A DNA stretch of 64,000 nucleotides from Rebecca billardiae RCC1528 (lineage: Eukaryota > Protista > Haptophyta), in the NCBI GenBank assembly GCA_965240325.2, contig OZ251235.1:1736001-1800000 (forward strand), given 5' to 3'. The position numbers were made by a program, and so were the translations under genes. The notes beneath the pieces are model-generated. The model was not told where the DNA came from. It worked only from the letters and a program-made list of their open reading frames with translations, and did not search any database. Numbering within the stretch: the first letter of the stretch is position 1; each line of letters starts with the position of its first letter. Positions 59,220 to 64,000 of this stretch are shown one piece after another.

Positions 59220-59505
59220 GTAGCATGTCGTCTTAAGGTCGGACCCTATTGTTGAACGGGCGAGGCTCCGTATTGTGAAACGGATATGCAGTTGTAGTAT
59301 TCTCTCTATGTAGCAGCAGGCTGATGACGCCGAGGCGATGGGACCATCGCGGCTACTGCCGTTTGCGCCTGGCCAAACAGGAGCGTCGTCCATCGAGCGG
59401 ATCGAGCCCAAGAACGTGGCCATAGAGACATCCGTGCTCGTGATGCGCACGTGGCACGGGCCGAGGCTGTCAGCTCGACGGCCGCCATGCGGGTCCACCC
59501 TCTCT

Positions 59506-60357
59506 TCAGGCCGCGCCCGCCGCGCAGGCTGCGGGCAGGAAGAGGAGCTGGCCGCAGAGCACGGCCGTGAGCAGCGCTGAGAGCACGTACGCCAACACCA
59601 GCCAGACGTCATCGCCGATCCGGACGATCGTCGTGCCCAGCCGGATCAGGCAGCCGACGAAGCGGAGGACGGTGGTGGCGGCGGAGAGCTGGCCGGTGCA
59701 CCCGTTCCGAGCGTTCAGCATGATCTGCGGCAGGTAGCCGCACAGCATCGACACCGGCTGCGCCTGCGCGATGAGTGGCTGATATTTCACCGGCAGCAGC
59801 CACAGGGCTGCATGCAGCGCCACGCCCACGCTCAGCGCGAGGACGGCATGCGCGAGGCCGGGGGGCTGCAGGACCCAGAAGATGGCGATGATCGCGAGAT
59901 TCTGCGCCGTGATGATCACGTTCTCGCCGTACGTGTCCCACGGGTACCCGAGCCGCGCGTGGTAGATGGCAAAGGACGAGTACATGGGTATCTCCGAGTA
60001 CGCGGCCGCGAGCGAGAGGCCCAGCACGGAGCGGTTGCGCACGAGCTTGACGATCTGCGGGAGCTTGAGGCAGAGCGATCCCAGCATGATGCCCGTGCCA
60101 AAGAGCATGGCCAGCAGCTTCTCGTGCTTCTCCGCCAGCGCGCGCAGCCCGCTCACCTGCTTGGGCTGGGCGACGGTGCGCCGAGCGGCCGGTGCTTCAG
60201 CACCACCGCGGAGTCGGGCGGCAGTCAAGACGAGCGGCCGCACAGTCGATGGCGCTGCATGCACCACCGACCGTGCATGCGCCGCCACGAAGCACGGGCC
60301 GGCGCAGCACAGCAACGCGATGCACGCGCGTCGCGTCGCGCCCTTCCTCGATAACAT
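59506..60357 (-). CDS. MPDU1: PQ-loop protein, MPDU1-like (mannose-P-dolichol utilization)
   Basis: LKLPQIVKL...SVLGLS, YPWDTYGE, LPQIMLN..NGCTGQLS; N-terminal signal plus RLRGG. Confidence 0.85.
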   Translation of the reverse strand: MLSRKGATRRACIALLCCAGPCFVAAHARSVVHAAPSTVRPLVLTAARLRGGAEAPAARRTVAQPKQVSGLRALAEKHEKLLAMLFGTGIMLGSLCLKLPQIVKLVRNRSVLGLSLAAAYSEIPMYSSFAIYHARLGYPWDTYGENVIITAQNLAIIAIFWVLQPPGLAHAVLALSVGVALHAALWLLPVKYQPLIAQAQPVSMLCGYLPQIMLNARNGCTGQLSAATTVLRFVGCLIRLGTTIVRIGDDVWLVLAYVLSALLTAVLCGQLLFLPAACAAGAA

Positions 60358-60591
60358 GCCGCCGCGACGCCACCCGCTGCAGTCTGAACTGCACTGACGA
60401 GAATGACGATGCACAAAAGCGTCGTCAGATGATCAGTCATGATGAGTACGACAGTCGTATGATACTCTGCTCTATACTTCGTCATGTTCGGTTGCTGTTA
60501 CCGTCGTAGCGACGTAGTCGTAAGAACGTCACGGTCAGCACAATGCAGTCACCACTATATCAACACGGTGGCAGCAGTTCAATGTCTTCTG

Positions 60592-62328
60592 TCAATCAGC
60601 CGCTGGCGCCAGCCCTGGGTCAGCCGCGGCAGATGACGGCTGGGCTCCCCCTGCTGCATGTGCCGCGCACCATGCGATGCAGTGGGGCTTGTGCACCTTC
60701 CACGAGCTGCGCAGGTGCTCACGCGAGCAGAAGACCGCCACGTGGCACCGCTCGCACTTCTTCAGACCACGGCCCGTGCGTCCGCAGTCGATGCAACACT
60801 GGGAGACCACCTCGCGCTTTCCAGCGAACCCAGCCAGTATCTCGCGCACCGCATCTCCGACGTCGGGATCGAGCTCTAGGCCACGGCGCAGCAGCCGTGC
60901 GCCCTCCTCCACGTCACGCGCCACTCCCTCACCCGACAGCGTCATCGCCCCCAGCGTGACATTCGCGCGTGCGCTCCCGCCAGCAGCAGCCAGGCGGTAC
61001 CAGCGAGCTGCCTCGCCCCAATCCTGCTGCATATCCTTGCCTTGCGCGTAGCACAGGCCCAGACATTCCTGCGCTTGAGTATCGCCCTGCTCGGCCGCCA
61101 GCCGGTACCAGCGCGCTGCCTCGCCCCAATCCTGCTGCACACCCTGGCCACGCGTGTAGCACAGGCCCAGACGGTACTGCGCTGCAGCAAAGCCCTGCTC
61201 GGCCGCCAGTCGGCGCCAGCGCACCGCCTCGCCCCAATCATGCTGCACGCCGTCGCCACGTTCGTAGCACACGCCCAGATTGTACTGCGCTCCAGCGTCG
61301 CCCTGCTCGGCCGCCAGTCGGTACAAGCGCACCGCCTCGCCCCAATCCTGTTGCACGCCGTGGCCTTGCGCGTAGCACACGCCCAGGCTGTGCTGCGCTT
61401 CAGCAAAGCCCTGCTCGGCCGCGAGTCGGCGCCAGCGCACCACCTCGCCCCAATCATGCTGCACACCGTCGCCATGTTCGTAGCACACGCCCAGATTGTA
61501 CTGCGCTTCAGCAAAGCCCTGCTCGGCCGCCAGCCGGAACCAGCGCACTGCCTCGCCCGAATCCTGCTGCACACCGTTGCCATGCTCGCAGCACGCGCCC
61601 AGATTGTACTGCGCTTCAGCAAAGCCCTGCTCGGCCGCCAGCCGGAACCAGCGCGCTGCCTCGCCCCAATCCTGCTGCACACCGTCGCCTTGCGCGTAGC
61701 ACGCGCCCAGATTGTGCTGCGCTTCAGCAACGCCCTGCTCGGCCGCCAGCCGGTACCAGCGCACTGCCTCGCCCCGATCCTGCTGCACACCCTGGCCTTG
61801 CCCGTAGCACGCGCCCAGATTGAACTGCGCTTGAGCACAGCCCTGCTCGGTCGCCAGCCGGTACCAGCGCACTGCCTCGCCCTGATCCTGCGCCACACCC
61901 TCGCCATGCTCGTAGCACGCGCCCAGATTGTGCTGCGCTGCAGCAACGCCCTGCTCGGCCGCCAGCCGGTACCAGCGCACTGCCTCGCCCCGATCCTGCT
62001 GCACACCCTGGCCTTGCCCGTAGCACGCGCCCAGATTGAACTGCGCTTGAGCACAGCCCTGTTCGGCCGCCAGCCGGCACCAGCGCGCGGCTGCCTCGAG
62101 GTCCACGGGCTGACCAAGCGCGCCTGTCGCGCAAATGCCGCCCATCCTCAGCTGCGCATCGGCAAAGCCGCGCTCAGCGGCGAGGGTGTACAGGCGAAAG
62201 GCTTCGCGCCCATCTTGCGCGATGCCGTCGCCATCCTCAGCCCGCCGCGCTAGAAGGAACGTCGCACGCGCGTCGCCGCGCCCCGACTTGCGCCAGAGGA
62301 GACCGACCGCCGCGGAAGAGTTTGCCAT
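60592..62328 (-). CDS. Sel1-repeat protein with C-terminal MYND zinc finger
   Basis: About 13 SLRs, 10 of them near-identical 36-aa units; CIDC...CERC...FCSREH...W..HKPHC. Confidence 0.93.
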   Translation of the reverse strand: MANSSAAVGLLWRKSGRGDARATFLLARRAEDGDGIAQDGREAFRLYTLAAERGFADAQLRMGGICATGALGQPVDLEAAARWCRLAAEQGCAQAQFNLGACYGQGQGVQQDRGEAVRWYRLAAEQGVAAAQHNLGACYEHGEGVAQDQGEAVRWYRLATEQGCAQAQFNLGACYGQGQGVQQDRGEAVRWYRLAAEQGVAEAQHNLGACYAQGDGVQQDWGEAARWFRLAAEQGFAEAQYNLGACCEHGNGVQQDSGEAVRWFRLAAEQGFAEAQYNLGVCYEHGDGVQHDWGEVVRWRRLAAEQGFAEAQHSLGVCYAQGHGVQQDWGEAVRLYRLAAEQGDAGAQYNLGVCYERGDGVQHDWGEAVRWRRLAAEQGFAAAQYRLGLCYTRGQGVQQDWGEAARWYRLAAEQGDTQAQECLGLCYAQGKDMQQDWGEAARWYRLAAAGGSARANVTLGAMTLSGEGVARDVEEGARLLRRGLELDPDVGDAVREILAGFAGKREVVSQCCIDCGRTGRGLKKCERCHVAVFCSREHLRSSWKVHKPHCIAWCAAHAAGGAQPSSAAADPGLAPAAD

Positions 62329-62382
62329 CGGAGCTCGATCGTCGTCAGATGACGAACTCGCAGCAGTTTACTCATACTGTAC

Positions 62383-63440
62383 GAGTGCACTCGAGCGAAA
62401 ACGTGCCAGGCTAGGCATGCGCGGCCCAGTGCGGGCTAGGCATCGGGGGCGATGCCTAGCCCGGCCAGGCTAGGCATTCGCCCATACCCTCGCGTCTTCA
62501 GAACTTTCGGAAACGAAAGTCGCGCAAAGGCGGCCCCGGTCTTCTTTCACGGCGGCGCAAGGGGCGCGGGGGCGCTGGCTCGCGATCCGAAGGGCAGTCG
62601 CTCGCGACCTCGCTTGGGCGGCGGCAGCGGCGCTGCGGCATACTGTTTGCCACCCGCGCGGCTGTGTGCGATCGCGCGGTCCCGTTCGTCGCCACGCCGC
62701 GCGCGACCGTTCACGGCACAGTCTTTCCGCACTGTGAGCACCCCTTGCCAGCGCACGGCGGCGGAGAGCCCAGACAGCCCGTCACGCGCGCGACGTCCTT
62801 GTGGGATGCGATGTACCCAGGTTCTTTGGGTTCCCGGAGGCATGCGCTTGCCCACGGGGTGGGCAAGAGGATCATGGACGACTGCTGCGCTGTCCATGCC
62901 TCGTTGACCGATTGGCAGACGATGACTCATCTTGCAGCAGTAGAGAGTGGTCTGGATGCTGAACAGGCTCACCAAAACGCAGGCGCATGCTAGCATTAGG
63001 GTGAGTACATCGCATCCCACAAGGACGTCGCGCGCGTGACGGGCTGTCTGGGCTCTCCGCCGCCGTGCGCTGGCAAGGGGTGCTCACAGTGCGGAAAGAC
63101 TGTGCCGTGAACGGTCGCGCGCGGCGTGGCGACGAACGGGACCGCGCGATCGCACACAGCCGCGCGGGTGGCAAACAGTATGCCGCAGCGCCGCTGCCGC
63201 CGCCCAAGCGAGGTCGCGAGCGACTGCCCTTCGGATCGCGAGCCAGCGCCCCCGCGCCCCTTGCGCCGCCGTGAAAGAAGACAGGGGCCGCCTTTGCGCG
63301 ACTTTCGTTTCCGAAAGTTCTGACGACGCGAGGGTATGGGCGAATGCCTAGCCTGGCCGGGCTAGGCATCGCCCCCGATGCCTAGCCCGCACTGGGCCGC
63401 GCATGCCTAGCCTGGCACGTTCGGTCGCTCGAGTGCACTC
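62383..63440. mobile_element. Fold-back element with ~435-bp arms and GAG..CTC ends
   Basis: Arms 62383-62816 / 63005-63440, spacer 188 bp; TGTAC directly repeated at 62378-62382 and 63441-63445; subterminal GGCTAGGCAT repeats. Confidence 0.9.
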
Positions 63441-64000
63441 TGTACGTTACAGGTGGATACGGGTGATCTGGACAGTTTTTTTTTTTCCCCCTTTATAACG
63501 GTGGCCGCAACTCACGCGGAGGCCTCCCTGGGAGCATTGGGGTCGAAGGGGCGCCAGGGACGGACTTCAGGGGGTCCCTGGAGTTCCGCCGCAGCGCGCT
63601 TTCTGCGCTGCGGGCCCGTCTCCGCGCGTGGCGGCCGCAATGGCACTGTCCAATTAGCCCCTGGCACTGGCTGAGGCATGGGAATCGAGCTCAGAGACGC
63701 GCGCGCGGAGGAAAAGCGTGTGCAGCGGCTCGGACGGTTGCTCTGGGACCTACCCACGCCAGCGCAACCGCGCCTTGCCTCGGAGTCCGCCCTTCCTGAG
63801 TCCGCGCACGCGCCTTGCGGCTTGAAACGCTGGCGTTCGCCCTTGTGCGCGGGACTCACGAAACAAGGCGAAGGCGGCGAGAAGCGCGACCTGGCGCGTG
63901 CGCAGACGACGTCTCACGACCAGGTGAGTTCAGCGAACATCGTGCGCCGTCGTGGCGACCCGCCAGTGGGCGCTCGTGCTCGTTCGCCCACGAGCCCTCG

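Noticed and set aside
60990-62090. CRISPR-like periodic repeats
   Set aside because: In-frame 108-bp coding Sel1 units with no unique spacers; eukaryotic context and no cas genes.

Overview
Very GC-rich, gene-dense eukaryotic nuclear DNA with short GT-AG introns, microsatellites and bipartite-looking plastid leaders. It is most compatible with a secondary-plastid alga such as a Pavlovales-type haptophyte (inference). About 25 genes can be supported, including FEN1, COQ5, a CC2D1/Lgd-like C2 protein, GLYR, FUN14, TTC12, an LRRIQ1-like protein, a formin, EXO1, a GST, a CDF transporter, a duplicated Sel1 gene, a sulfotransferase, a SET protein, DedA, EamA, GT47 exostosin, MPDU1 and a Sel1-MYND protein. 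Most ORFs in the supplied track are GC shadow frames. The notable structure is intergenic. (1) An internally deleted pogo-like transposon with TIRs and TA target duplication. (2) Four non-coding fold-back elements with 308-436 bp near-perfect inverted arms, all 1.06-1.13 kb long; two share CAAGGG-N3-YAAGGGTG ends and are nested, with a 7-bp TSD. (3) A 3.5-kb TIR element with a 9(-11)-bp TSD carrying a decayed SNF2 helicase and an orphan ORF. (4) Promoter DNA that appears to accumulate short insertions far faster than coding DNA accumulates substitutions. All delimited elements lie in 5' intergenic regions. No rRNA, tRNA or CRISPR array was seen.
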